Assembly (NCBI GenBank): GCA_951406725.2
Contig: OX597816.1
Location: forward strand, 157,790,001-157,854,000
Length of the DNA stretch: 64,000 nucleotides
DNA from: Octopus vulgaris
Lineage: Eukaryota
Direction: 5' to 3'
Below, in pieces: positions 24,831 to 38,264 of the stretch. A model generated the notes under the pieces. It ran no database searches. It was not told where the DNA came from and saw nothing but the letters and a program-made list of their open reading frames with translations. Each line of letters starts with the position of its first letter. Within the stretch, counting starts at the first letter, position 1. Position numbers and translations under genes: made by a program.

Positions 24831-25070
24831 CTTTATTTAAAGCAGCAGAAAATTCAACAAAACCTGTTACTCTGAGTTTCCCGTCACCGTTCATCAGACA
24901 GTTTTTGCTAGAATCTAGCAAAAACTGTCCGATGAAACGGCAACGGGAAACTCAGAGTAACAGGTTTTGTTGAATTTTCTGCTGCTTTAAATAAAGCATA
25001 TTACTCTACCACTGGTATTTGAGTACTCTTTTTTCCACCTTGTTTCACATTTATGTGTTTACTCCGGTAT
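24831..25070. mobile_element. Penelope-like terminal repeat forming a 166-bp palindrome with two hammerhead motifs
   Basis: 24831-24911 is the reverse complement of 24914-24996; the right arm continues and matches 40692-40847. Confidence 0.75.
24864..24901 (-). ncRNA. Minimal type I hammerhead motif
   Basis: ctgt-CTGATGA-a-cg-gtga-cg-g-GAAA-ctc-a-gag-TA-acag. Confidence 0.6.
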
Positions 25071-25309
25071 ATATATAAATATATATATATAGTTAATCCA
25101 AACATGAAAACACAAAGAGAAAACACAACAACGCAAGGACGTGGAACAAATATAGTATTATTGGACGCTCAGGAAGGAAGGGAAGAAGGAGGGTTTGACA
25201 TTTCGAGTGGAGCTCTTCGTTGGAAACATAGGTTAAGGAAAGATCCAGAGAAGGGAAGACAGAGGAAAAAAAATCGACAACGGTACACACGTGGTCACCT
25301 CCACTGCTA

Positions 25310-26086
25310 GGTGTGTGAAAAAATGCCAATCCCTAGCAGTGGAGGGAACCCGTGGAAGAGGTAGACCCAGGAAAACTTGGGACGAGGTGGTGAAGCACGA
25401 CCTTCAAACTTTAGGTCTCACTGAGGAAATGACCAGCGACCGAGACCTTTGGAAATATGCTGTGCGTGAAAAGACCAGGCAGGACAAGTGAGTCCAGCCC
25501 ACTTATGCATGCCTTTCCTCCCTTGGACACACAAAGACCTGTTGAGGCAAGCGAAGTCGATATCGAACCTCATCTGACGACAGGCACCTATACTTACCCC
25601 CCTTTGCTTGCGAAGACCTGTTGGGGCAAGTGAAATCAAAATCGAAATTGAACCAATCCTATGACTGGCACCTGGCAGATGCCAGGACCCCTGGACTGGA
25701 GATACGTAAAAAGCACTATCCGAATCGTGGCTGATGCCAGCGCCGCCTCGACTGGCTTCTGTGTCGGTGGCACGTAAAAAGCACCATCCGAATCGTGGCC
25801 GAAGCCAGTGCCGCCTCGACTGGCTTCCGTGCAGGTGGCACGTAAAATGCACCAATCCGACCGTGGCCGATGCCAGCCTCGCCTGGCACCAGTGCAGGGG
25901 GCACGTAAAAAGCACCCACTACACTCACGGAGTGGTTGACGTTAGGAAGAGCATCCAGCTGTAGAAACATTGCCAGATAAGACCGGAGCCTGGTGCAGCC
26001 TTCTGGCTTCCTAGATCCCTGGTCGAACCGTCCAACCCATGCTAGCATGGAGAACGGACGTTAAACGATGATGATGATGATGATGA
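25310..26086 (+). mobile_element. RTE LINE 3' fragment with 3'UTR repeats and (GAT)n tail
   Basis: CVKKCQSLAVEGTRGRGRPRKTWDEVVKHDL followed by the family 3'UTR. Confidence 0.88.
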
Positions 26087-26336
26087 TACACAGAAGGAGA
26101 TATATTTAGTAATTTACAAAGAATTTGGGATGAACAGACCTGTTTCACCATTTTATCATAAAAGACTATTTTCTATTTCAAGGAACGGTGTAGGAGGTGT
26201 GTTTGGGTGGGGGGAAGGGAGAGCAATGTGGAATTGAAAGGAGGTTTTTGTTTCTCTTTCGAGGTTCAGTGGTTTTGGGGATTGGTCTTTAGAGGTCAGA
26301 ATGGTGTGAGTGTGTGTATATATATGTGTTTGTGTT

Positions 26337-26376
<40 letters not shown>

Positions 26377-26404
26377 ATATGTATGTATATATATATATAT
26401 ATAG

Positions 26405-26805
26405 GTGCAGGCGTGGCTGTATGGTAAGATGCTTGCTTCCCAACCACATGGTTCTTGGTTCAGTCCCACTGCGTGACACCTTGGGCAAGTGATGCCTCAA
26501 GCCGACCAAAGCCTTATGGGTGGATTTGGTAGACAGAAACCGAAAGAATCCTGTCTCACACACACATATATATATATGTGTGTGTGTGTGTGTGTATTTA
26601 TGTGTCTGTGTTTGTCCCCCACCATTGCTTGACAACCAATGTTGGTGTGTTTATGTCCCCACAACTTAGCGGTTTGGCAAAAGAAACTGATAGATGAAGT
26701 ACTAAACTTACAAAGAATAAGTCCTGGAGCTGATTTGTTTGACTAAACATGGTACTCCAGCATGGCCACAGTTAAATGATTGAAACAAGTAAATGAATAA
26801 AAGAA
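26405..26805 (+). mobile_element. tRNA-SINE, family B
   Basis: GTGGCTGTATGGTAAG, GGTTCAGTCCC and ACCTTGGGCAAGT motifs. Confidence 0.8.
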
Positions 26806-26811
26806 TATATA

Positions 26812-28067
26812 CAGGGGTTCAGCAAAATAATGGAAACACCTTAAAATTTCAAACAAATTTATTTTAATATGGGGTAGGACCGCATTAGCAGTAATTACAG
26901 CTTGAATTCTACAAGGTATGGGCTTATACAAAGTTTAAATTGTTTTCCAAAGAATTTTTGTCCATTCTTCAGCTTAAACAGTCTCAAGTTTTTGTAGTGA
27001 TGGTGGTGGATATTGACTCCTTATTTGTTTTTCTAAAATGCACCATAAACATTTGATAATATTGAGATCTGGGGGCTGTGATGGCCTGATAAGATGTTCA
27101 ATTTCACTAGAATGTTCCTCGTGCCATTCAGTGACAACTTTAGCAGTGTGAATTGGTGCATTACCATCCTGAAAGATTGTATTTCCTTCTGGAAATAGTT
27201 CTGCAACCATAGGTTGAATTTGATCAGATAAAATGCTTAAATAGTCTTGACTATTAATTCTGCCATGAAAGGAAACCATTGGGCTGGTGGATTTCCAAGA
27301 TATACCCTCCCCCCAGATCATTACAGATTCTCCTCCATGTATAACAGTTGGAAGAAGGCAGTCTGGGTCAAATGTTTCTTTTGGCTGTCTCCACACATAT
27401 ACACAGTCACTGTCTGGAAATAAGGTAAAGGATGACTCGTCCAAGAAAATAACATTCTTCCACTGCTCTAGGGACCAATTCTGTAGGTTTTTACTCCATT
27501 GTAAACGCTTTGCAATGTTTGTTTTTGAAAGTAGTGGTTTTCTGATTACAACCCTCCTGTGAATCCAGCTTTGTGCAGCTCCTGGTGAACAGTTTTATGG
27601 AAACTGGGTTCTCGAGGTAGTCATTAAGCTCTGTAGTAATTTTGGGAGCTGTACTTTTGTGATCCTTTCTAACAATTTGATGGTCCCTATCTGAAAGTTA
27701 TGGTTTTCTACCAGAGTTTTGTTTCGACAAGGAGGTTTTTTCCCTCTTTCTGAAAATCTGTCATTACTTTTGAGACTACTTCTTCAAACGCCAAACATTT
27801 CAGCTGTTTTTGTTACGCTAGTGTCTGCCATATGAGCACCAACAATTTGACCTCTTTGAAATCCAATAGATCTGTCATTTTAATGAATTTTAATTACCTT
27901 TTTCTGATGATATCTGAAAGGAAACAGCAATTTTAGCAAAACATATTAAGCAATACTAATAATAAATAAAAAAATATAAAAATAAACAAGCTTTTGATGG
28001 TTTTATAGATATTTCCAAATTATGATGCTGTGATGCTAGATGTTTCCATTATTTTGTCCAACCCCTG
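26812..28067 (-). mobile_element. Tc1-like transposon with short TIRs and a decayed DD34E transposase
   Basis: TA-CAGGGGTT...AACCCCTG-TA ends; DESSF, FQDGNAPIH and PDLNII motifs; ATG at about 27878. Confidence 0.92.
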
Positions 28068-29535
28068 TATATATATATATATATATATTCATCATCATCA
28101 TCATCATCATTTAACGGCTATTCTCCATGCTGGCATGGATTAGACAGTTTGGTTAGGGCTGGTAAGTTGGAAGGCTGCACCAGACACCAGTCTGATTTGG
28201 CATGGTTTTCTATGGCTGGATGCCCTTCTTAACGCTAACCACTCCAAGAGTGTAATGGGTGCTTTTATGTGCCACCAGCATGGATGCCATTTGCATGACA
28301 CTGGCATCTGTCACAACAGTGATTTTGTTCAGCTTGATGGGTCTTCTTCTCAAGTACCACATTATGCCAAAGGTTTTGGTCATTGCCTTCATATATACAC
28401 ATTATTTTTCACTTATTTCAATCATTGGATTGCAGCCATGCTTGGACATCACCTCAAAGAATTTTAATCAAATGAATCAACTCCAGCATTTAATTTTGTT
28501 TTAAAGTCTAGAACTTATTCTATCAGTATTTTTTGCCAAACCACTAAGTTATGGGGTACATAAACACACAAACACCAGTTGTCAAGTGGTGGAACAGACA
28601 CACCATACCAGCATGGAAAACAGATATATGATGATGATGCTATATATATATATAGGTAGGGGGCTCCGAAAGGGGTCTCAGGAAGTGGTGTCCTGCCTTC
28701 CTGAGCTACTTTTCCACCACATTTCTTAAAAGTCGTGGTAGAGTTCTTGGTCTCGAGGCCACTCATTCATGTCTAGAAAATGAGGTTGTGGGTAAGCAAG
28801 GACATGCTCTCCATAGAAAATCCAACTCCAAAAAAAGCCTCATAATAGCAAAGGAGAATGGGCACCAGCCAGCCCAAAAGTTGGGGTGGGCCGCACCTGC
28901 CTACCTCGGTTGCTATGGCATTGAGGTAGATCCGGCCACCCCTGTTAATGGGGACAAAACCTGGATTTAAAACACTGGATGATGATTACGATAATGATGA
29001 TATATACATATACATATATATATATATATATATAATAAATGTAAGTGTCAGTGTGTCACACTTTTTCAACTTTACTCCTAGAGGCTGTAACCCAACACAT
29101 CATACTATTTTGGAATCAGACCAACTCTGTAAGTAAATTAAGAACATTCCAGGCCAAATCCAGACCTGCAATCTTGAAATTTTGGATTCCCAAGTTTTCA
29201 TTACTGCGATTGATTTTATATCAGACAATAAATATTGAAATATTCTTTTCTACTTTAGGTACAAGGCTCGAAATTTTTGGGAGGGGGCCAGTTGATTAGA
29301 TCGACCCCAGTATGCAACTGGTACTTAATTTATTGACCTTGAAAGAATAAAAAACAAATTCAACCTTGGCAGAATTTGAACTCAGAATGTAACAGCAGAT
29401 GAAATACTGCTAAGCATTTCATCCAGTGTGCTAATGTTTCTGCCAGCTCATTGCTTTTCAGGTAATAAATATTAGCACAATAAATCAAATATCTGGTTAA
29501 AAACCACTTTTTAGTTACAGGTAACATTATTCTTA

Positions 29536-30898
29536 TTATTACCTCCACTGAGGAAGGAGGTTATGTTTTCATTGGCGTTGGTTTGTCCATTTGTATGCAA
29601 AATAACTCAAAAAGTTATGAATGATATTTGATGAAACTTGCAGAAAAAGTTGGTAATGACACAAAGAACAGATGATGAAATTTTAGTACTGATCCAGGGA
29701 TTTTTATGGATTCATGAAGGATTTTTCATTTGTTATATTTACTTTACATGAAGTATTAGTTACATTCTTTGATTATCTTCCTTGAAAACACGTTCATTGT
29801 TTCCACGTTACCTATGGTGGCGTTGCTGTTTCTAAAGTTTATTTTTGTTTCTTTATTAATAATTTTACTCGCGTATCTATCTTAAAATGAGCTGCTTGGC
29901 GGAAGTCTGCAGAGGATGACATGACAAGCCTTGACTATTGGGATTGATTCAAAAAGCTTAGGCTTTGCTCCCTCCACGGCCGCTGTCAGCTCTATATCAT
30001 TTGTATGAGGTGGAAATATTCCATCAACATTGCCCATCTTTAAAATTCGTCCAAGGCTTGGCCCCCATGCCATCCATCCACTACAGAAATGTTCGTGTCG
30101 TATCACAACGCTATGACAGAACTATTTCACCTCAATTGGCCCTGCTCTCTTCAACATCATGCCAGACACACATAAAGGAGGAAAGTGACTTCATGGCATT
30201 CAAACAATCCCTAGATGATTACCCCCAACAAATACCAGATAAACCACCCACACCCAGATATGTCTCTGAAAACAATAACCTTCTGCTTGAATGGGCTACG
30301 GTTCCCTAGAGCTGACTGTGTATCTCTTCCAGGTGGTGCTATTAAATTAGACATGGCCTGAGTCAACTTTGGCCGAAACTTATCTAAATAATCTAATCTA
30401 TGTTGTAACCTTCTAATCAAAGCATAACGACGTGGGTAGAGGCTGATATCTTAACATTTCTGATGGTCTTGAGTATAAAAAAAATTATTAAAGATTTATA
30501 TAGAATTACATTCTGAGTATGTCTGTAAGGTATTGTGTTTAGACCTGGTTTCTATCCTCAAACTGTTCTGTTTTGTAGATGCAATTTTTTTTTTTTTAAT
30601 AAAGCATTCCAAAATTAGAAAAATCAAAAATCTGCTACAATCTCGGTCCCATGAGTATTGGATGGATTTCCAACTGTGTAAAGAAACTGATTGTGGTGAT
30701 CGTAGTTTTTAAGGTGATTGTAGTTTTGATGGTGATTGTGGTGAAAGTAGAGACAGTGTTGATGATGACGATGGTCGAGATAAGTATGGGATTTGCCAGC
30801 GTTGGTTTGGGAAATTGGGCGATTTTCAGCATGCATGTATATGGGTGGAAATGAGCTGCTTGGTGGAGGTCTGCACTCTCCGAGTGCTTTTCTAGTTT
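29536..30898 (+). mobile_element. Non-autonomous Helentron/HINE-like element(s) interrupted by a CR1 fragment
   Basis: 5' TTATTACCTCC...GGAGGTTATGTTTTC; subterminal CTTGGYGGARG; 3' hairpin GCACTCTCCGAGTGC then CTAGTTT. The 3' motif occurs twice (about 29886 and 30850). Confidence 0.55.
29912..30400 (+). mobile_element. CR1-like LINE 3' end
   Basis: GPALFNIMP and FKQSLDDYPQQIPDKP C-terminal motifs; (taatc)n tail; a short copy of the tail at about 59725-59790. Confidence 0.65.
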
Positions 30899-31886
30899 AA
30901 ATATTGCTACTATTATATAAACATGGTAACTTATTATTTAAATATTGCTACTTATTTCACTTTTAAAGGTATTACACCAAATAAAAACTGACTTTAATTT
31001 TTTGGAAAATAAACAGAAGCCTGCTGTGTGAAAAATCAATAGTGAAGTGGCCACTAAAAAAATACAAAGAAAAATACTAGATGGAAGTGTATTAGCAGCC
31101 AAGTGAACCAAGAAATATGTTAGCAAGTTTCTTTTGTTGTATTATTCTGCCTCAAGTAACCCAGTTTTATTACAAGTGAAACATGCTTTGTGTCCTAAAT
31201 AAAATTCAATGGTTTTTAGTTACAGTCTAACATTTATAATACTGAACATCTAAGTTGCCTCGTTCAATAAATGATATGAATGTATTTGTGGCTCTGCTTA
31301 GTCCTTTAGTTACCAACATGGCTGAAACCAGCTCTGGCTTTGAGTACAAATGTCTTGTTTTGATAAGTTTTGAACTAAAATCTTCCACCAAACCTTAGTC
31401 ACAGTTTATGTTCCTAAAACTAGCTTAGTAATAACTAAGTTATTTCACTAAATTCTTTGTTATATTTAATGTCATTGAAAGAAACACAGAGCATCTCCAA
31501 ATTAATACAATATATTTATATGATATTAAGATTGCATGCTGCCCCATGATAAAACCAATTCCCAACACTACTTAAATAACATTTATTTTAACAGAAGTAT
31601 GTAACAATATCTTACTATAATGGGCTTTATGTCCGTCTCTCTGTCTGTTTGTTCCCTCTTCATGGTCAAATGGCTGGACCAATGGTCATGATGTTTTCCA
31701 GGTGGTGATGATGATGATGATGATGCAAATTTGTCTAAAACTAAATAAAATACAAGCCTGGAACAAGTTTCTTCAGATACATCATCACCAAAGAGTTCTT
31801 CAATGCATTTCTTACTGTGACAGACCAATTTTGTCTGATTTTATTTTGATATTTTTATCACCAAGACATCTTACAAATATTTGGAG

Positions 31887-32583
31887 CAGTGGTGGCTCGT
31901 AGATAAAATTAGTGGGGGTGCCGCTTCTGAAAATTTTTAGCCTATGTTTTAATACTGTGTAAAAGGAACAAACATATAAAAAGAAAACTTACATATAAAC
32001 TTGATCAGTTCGTGATTTAGCCACTGCCAGGTAGTGTGTTTCATTTGTTCACTGAACACTGTCACGAATTCCCCCTTGTTTTTCTAAAATCCCCCCATAA
32101 TTACAAAATTAAGTGTGGTGGAGGAAATGTACCCTATTTTTCAAATCCTGGCAGCAACACTGAAGCTGAAAGCAAGATAATAATATAATTCTACACTTTA
32201 TCACATTAAAGAATATAAACACGATTTTAAGCACAACACACGTGGAGTCAAAAAGAAACACAACCATTCACCTGGAAATATCATTCACGCAGTACTCTCA
32301 CTCCCTTGTATGATGCTTCTTACCTTGAACATGTGAGCATACGCACAACAGCCAAACACCACGTTGCTGGAACTGTGAAGTGCACAGTTCTATACAAGGA
32401 TTTTTGTATTTCTTTCATAAACTAGAGGATGGCTACTGACATTAAGCATAAGGATTATATAATGTACATGTATAAAGAAAGAATTAAAGAAAAAAGGACT
32501 CATTATATTGAATGTTATCAATAACATTGAGAGGAAATAGGGGGTGCTGCAGTTCCACAGTTCCTATATATGAGAGTTCACTG
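31887..32583. mobile_element. Old hAT-like non-autonomous element
   Basis: CAGTG...CACTG termini; degenerate 8-bp TSD atttggag/ctatggag. Confidence 0.45.
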
Positions 32584-32842
32584 CTATGGAGACAAAGCCA
32601 AACAATTTCTTTTCCATTTCAGAGAGGCTTCAGGATTGGAGGATGACTTGAAAGCAATTTCATGTGTCTCTTCTCTCAACAAATATTTGCCTGCTTTTAA
32701 TTTCTTTCGTTTTCTTAACTAAATATTATTTACCTATATTTTCCTTAAATATTTTCTTAACTAAATATTCCTTCTGTAACTCAAAGTGAAGTATTCGCTT
32801 TGGTTTCCTTTCTATTTTAATCGAATACTGTTTTGTAATACT

Positions 32843-33055
32843 TTTACTCTTTACTTTTTTACTTGTTTCAGTCATTTGACTGTGGCCATGCTGGAGCACC
32901 GCCTTTAGTCGAGCAAATCGACCCCAGGACTTATTCTTTGTAAGCCTAAAACTTATTCTATCGGTCTCTTTTGCCGAACTGCTAAGTTACGGGGACGTAA
33001 ACACACCAGCATCGGTTGTGAAGCGATGTTGGGGGGGACAAACACAGACATACAA

Positions 33056-33120
<65 letters not shown>

Positions 33121-33285
33121 TACGACGGGCTTCTTTCAGTTTCTGTCTACCATATCCACTCACAAGGCTTTGGTCGGCCTGAGGCTGTAGTAGAAGACCC
33201 TTGTCCAAGGTGCCACATAGTGGGACTGAACCCGGAAGCATGTGGTTGGTAAGCAAGCTACTTACAACACAGCCACTCTTGTGCC
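32843..33285 (-). mobile_element. tRNA-SINE, family B, near full length
   Basis: Matches 9350-9742 and 59232-59640. Confidence 0.88.
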
Positions 33286-33583
33286 TATTTTAATGTCTAT
33301 TAAAATCACAAGAAATTATTTTCACAAAGAATTCACAAAAGTTTTCCTGAAGGACCTACAACAAACAGGAAGGAATTTTCCCATTAGTCATTGAATTTTT
33401 ACTTTCTATTTTCATACTTTACTGCTCATTGAATTCATTCTTTCTCCTTTCCTTTGGCTCATTTTCTTTTGCAATGCGATAGGCTTGATTTTCAAAGTAC
33501 AAATATGTGACTGTTCTCAAAGGACAAAACAAAAACTTGCGATATAAGAATGTCAACTGTAAACTAACACAAAAAAGAAAAAT

Positions 33584-33586
<3 letters not shown>

Positions 33587-33670
<84 letters not shown>
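33587..33670. repeat. (GA)n microsatellite
   Basis: Directly visible. Confidence 0.95.
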
Positions 33671-33676
<6 letters not shown>

Positions 33677-34124
33677 CTGACTGATTGACAGACAGACTCA
33701 GAAAGCAAGACAGTCAGACAGAGAAGTCAAGATAAACAGGCTCTGGTGGTCATCTCAAAAAAAAAATTATCAAATGTGTAGAAAACAATAATGGATTAGT
33801 GTGCAATGCAACATTTCTAGTCCTTCAAATGCCCCATGGATTAGCTATCCATGAAATAGAAGCTGGCTTATGTTGTGAACATTAACTGGTGGTTGTTCAG
33901 TTTATGTACATAATAACAAAATTAAACTTTCATTTTTGCTTACCACAAAAGCTGTCAGTTGCACAAAAGGCAGGATGCCATGAAAAGAATGCCAAGGCAT
34001 TTGTTATGTAAAACACATGATTGTCTTTCTCAATAATATCATTATTGTTGTTAATGGAGTCCTCTTATAGATCTGCTGAGTCTGTCATAAACCCAAAGGT
34101 GGCTACTTTTGCACAAATCATGCC

Positions 34125-34460
34125 ATCTTAGTTTGAGACCCCCTTCGGTCACGACACAGACCATGGGATTGCACCTAGAAAGTTACCTTCCCAGGCACAA
34201 GTCCAGTCAAGGTTGTTTATGGAAGACCAGCAGTCGCCCATGCATACCGGCCTCCCCTCTCCATGCCACCAGTGTTATCCAAGGGAAAGGCAAAGGCCGA
34301 TACAATTTGGCACCTGTGATGTCGCAACTCATTTCTACAGCTGAATGAAATGGAGCAACGTGAAATAAAGTGTCTTGCTCAAGAACACAACACGCAGCCT
34401 GGTCTCACAACCTCGCGATCGTAAGCTCGACGCTCTAACCACTGAGCCATACGCCTTCAC
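34125..34460 (-). mobile_element. tRNA-SINE, family C (related copies at about 40250-40540, 60615-60930, 7480-7745)
   Basis: Minus strand has TGGCTCAGTGGTTAGAGCG...CTTGAGCAAGACACTTTATTTCACGTTGCTCC. Confidence 0.75.
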
Positions 34461-35168
34461 AAGCCATCTTAGTATCTAGGACATTAATACATAATATCAG
34501 TTACATAATACAGAAAGCAGGAAGTTTGTAGAGATAGCTTTAAGAAAATGTGAAGTGTCAAGTTTCAACTTTATGTTGCACATATTTAGTAGCTATGAAA
34601 TGCAGGATACAATGCAGAATACAAAGCAGTATTATGCACACCAGCAAATGAGATCAAAAAGTTACGAAGCAAACATACTATCCAGTAATTTTCAAAATAC
34701 CATTTGAAAATACTATTTGATTAAGTTGTATTATCACAAAAAAATTTGAAATTAATGATTGACCTAATTTTTTCCAAGTTTGTCTTTATTATATTTTCCC
34801 AGATGGATGGTTTTTTGTTGGATCAATTACTAAGCACACTACTTAGTGTTAACCACTCAGATACAGTGTAAAGAGTAAAGCCTATCTTATGTTAAGCAAA
34901 TTGGAAGTAAGTTATTTGATCAGAAGTAGCTGTGAAACCTTCTTTGTCTTAAATAGGGAAATAAATGCATGTATCAAGAATACATTATAATTTAGTTGTG
35001 CATACATTATAGAATAGTCCTGCATACACTATACTTTAAACAAAGATGGAACGATCACTCTCTAGACATCTTTAATAATAGTGTTACTCAGTACTGAGCT
35101 GGGTTAAACAATAACAGCAATGTCCTAGTACATTGGTTGTCAGTAATAGGGTTTGAACTCATGACATT

Positions 35169-35177
35169 GTGTGTGTA

Positions 35178-35245
<68 letters not shown>

Positions 35246-35327
35246 CATGTTTGTATGTATGATTATCATTATTCAGTTTATTCCAAAATATTTTTGCCAA
35301 TAGTGAAACAACCAGTTTCTAACCTAG

Positions 35328-35370
<43 letters not shown>
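35169..35370. repeat. (TG)n and (AAT)n microsatellites
   Basis: Directly visible. Confidence 0.9.
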
Positions 35371-35372
<2 letters not shown>

Positions 35373-35761
35373 AATTATTGTATACAGTGCTCAGGTGCAC
35401 CACAACTTGTCAGAAAGTGTGTATAAAGCATATGCAGTAATGTACAAATGTCTGGAAAGCGAACAATGCATGAGTCAGATACATGCTTGTGTGTGTATGG
35501 AGGGGAGAAAATCAGGTGTAGTGTTGGCGAATCTCAGAAAGCATCCGATCATGGCCATTGCCAGCCTAGTCTGGCACCTGTGCTGGTGGCACGTAAAAAG
35601 CACCCACTACACTCATGGAGTGGTTGGCATTAGGAAGGGCATCCAGCCGTAGAAACATTGCCAGATCAGACTGGGCCTGGTGCAGCCTTCTGGCTTCCCA
35701 GACCCCAGTTGAACCATCCAACTGGTTGAAGTCCTTTATTTTCGGCTGAAAAGAGGTTGTC

Positions 35762-36005
35762 ACAGTTTTAGGACAGCACTCTTCACCCTATGAGATGACA
35801 TCTCGTGTACCACAGGGATCTGTTCTTGGCCCCCTTTTATTTGTTGCATATGTTAATGACATAGATGCCAACTTAAAGAATGCCACAGTGCTGAAATATG
35901 CAGATGACATCAAGCTGTATCTCGAAATAAAGAGGTCAGATCCTGTACACTATAGATCTCTATTGCAAGCAGACCTGGACACAATGCAGCAGTGGATCAT
36001 GGACC
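35762..36005 (+). mobile_element. CR1-type reverse transcriptase fragment
   Basis: VPQGSVLGPLLF...YADDIKL...LQADLD motifs. Confidence 0.85.
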
Positions 36006-36964
36006 ACTATTTGACAACTGATGTTAGTTTATTTATTTCTTTTTAACTTTGCAGTGCAGCAAAGGAAACTGATAAAATATGCACGAGGCTTAAAAAATAA
36101 GTACTGGGTGAATTAGTTTGACTAAAAATTTTTCAAGGCAGTAGTCCAGCATGGCCACAGTCTAATGACTGAAACAAGTTAGAAAGTGTGTGTATGTATG
36201 TGTGTGTGTGTATATGTGTGTGAATGTGTGTGAGTGTGTGTGTGTTGTGTCTGTGTGAGTGTGTGTGTGAGTGTGTGTTGTGTGTGTGTGTTGTATGTGT
36301 GTGAATGAGTATGTGTGTGTGTGTGTGTGAGTGTGCGTTGTGTGTGAATGAGTGAATGTGTGTGTGTGTGTGAGTGTGTGTGTGTGAGTGTGTGTGTGTA
36401 TGTGTGTGTGAGTGTCTTTTATTCTTGATGTTGCATGATAGCTGCAAGCAAACATCATCATCTTACAAGCAGTGTCTTTTGTGTCCAATCTTTCACTAAA
36501 ACATGTCTGGCCATGGCAAAATATTAGCCTTGCTTGGAAAGAGATGAGTGCTAGTGACTGGAAGGGCATCCAGCCATAGAAAATATGTCTTAATAAACTT
36601 CATCTGACCCATACAATGAAATATTGATTTCAAATTTTGGCACAAGGCCAACAGGTTCAAAGGAAGGGAGGGAGTAGGTTGATTATATCGACCCCAGTGT
36701 TCAATTGGTATGTATATTATCAATGCCAAAAGGAATAAAAACAAAGTCTACCTAGGTGGAATTTGAACTCAGACCATGAAAATGGATGAAATGCCACAAA
36801 GTGTTTGGTCCAGCATGGAAATAATTCTGCTAGCTCGCTGCCTTCATGCAATGGAAAATTCTTTTCTACTCTAGGAAAGTTTTGGTGAGGGTGCCAGTCG
36901 ATTAGATTGACCCCAATATGCAACTGGTGCTTAATTTATCAACCCCCAAAGGATGAGAGTAAAA

Positions 36965-37612
36965 TCAACCTCAGCGGAATTTGAACTCAGAATGTAAAGA
37001 CAGACAAAATACCTATTTCTTTACTGCCCTCAAGGGGCTAAATACAGAGAGGACAAACAAGGACAGACAAACGGATTAAGTCAATTATATTGACCCCAGT
37101 GCGTAACTGGTACTTATTTAATCGACCCCGAAAGGATGAAAGGCAAAGTCGACCTCAGCAGAATTTGAACTCAGAATGTAAAGACAGAAAAAATACCTAT
37201 TTCTTTACTACCCTCAAGGGGCTAAACACAGAGAGGACAAACAAGGACAGACAAACGGATTAAGTCGATTATATCGACCCCAGTGCATAACTGGTACTTA
37301 TTTAATCGACCCCGAAAGGATGAAAGGCAAAGTCGACCTCAGCAGAATTTGAACTCAGAATGTAAAGACAGAAAAAATACCTATTTCTTTACTACCCTCA
37401 AGGGGCTAAACACAGAGAGGACAAACAAGGACAGACAAACGGATTAAGTCGATTATATCGACCCCAGTGCATAACTGGTACTTATTTAATCGACCCCGAA
37501 AGGATGAAAGGCAAAGTCGACCTCAGCAGAATTTGAACTCAGAACGTAAAGACAGACAAAATACTGCTAAGCATTTCACCCGGCATGCTAATGTTTCTTC
37601 CAGCTCACCACC
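36965..37612 (-). repeat. Tandem array of a 184-bp SINE-A body, ~3 units plus the SINE head
   Basis: gaatttgaactcag recurs at 36977, 37161, 37345 and 37529. Confidence 0.9.
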
Positions 37613-37893
37613 TTCATACAATGAAATATTAAAACAATGATGTTGATTATGTTTTTTTTTTTTTTTAAATTAGGTTTATGACTTTAGATAAGATAATTAA
37701 GGTACATCAAATTTTAGGCAGAAGTTAACTGTCTTATTAATAGCATTATTTTATCTTAACCAAGACCTTGAATAATTTGGCTTTGTGAAAAGTTAAACAC
37801 TTCCTACTTAATTACCTTGTTGAATCAGAGAATAGGAAGAGTGGTTTGTTTCATGAAGTACTTTACAAACACACGAACACATGCGTGCACGCA

Positions 37894-37957
<64 letters not shown>

Positions 37958-38264
37958 AGAAGCTTGTGTACTTGTGTTAAAAACAATGTGAGAAAATATA
38001 CAATATATAAAGCTATATCATCATTATCATCATCATCATTATTTTATATCCACTTTCCATGCTGGCATGGGTTAAACGGTTTGACTGGAACTGGTAAATC
38101 GGAAGGCTGCACCAAGTTCCAGTCTGATTTATCATGTGCCAGCAGTACAAGTGTTATTTACATGACACCAGCAATGTCTATGATTATGGTTTCACTTGGC
38201 TTGATAAGTCTTCTCAAGCATAGTATATCACCAAAGGCCTCAGTCACTAGTCATTACTTCCATA

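Noticed and set aside
36133-36569. His/Thr-rich and Tyr/Ile/Val/Cys-rich ORFs here and elsewhere
   Set aside because: Translations of (CA)n, (TG)n and (TA)n microsatellites.
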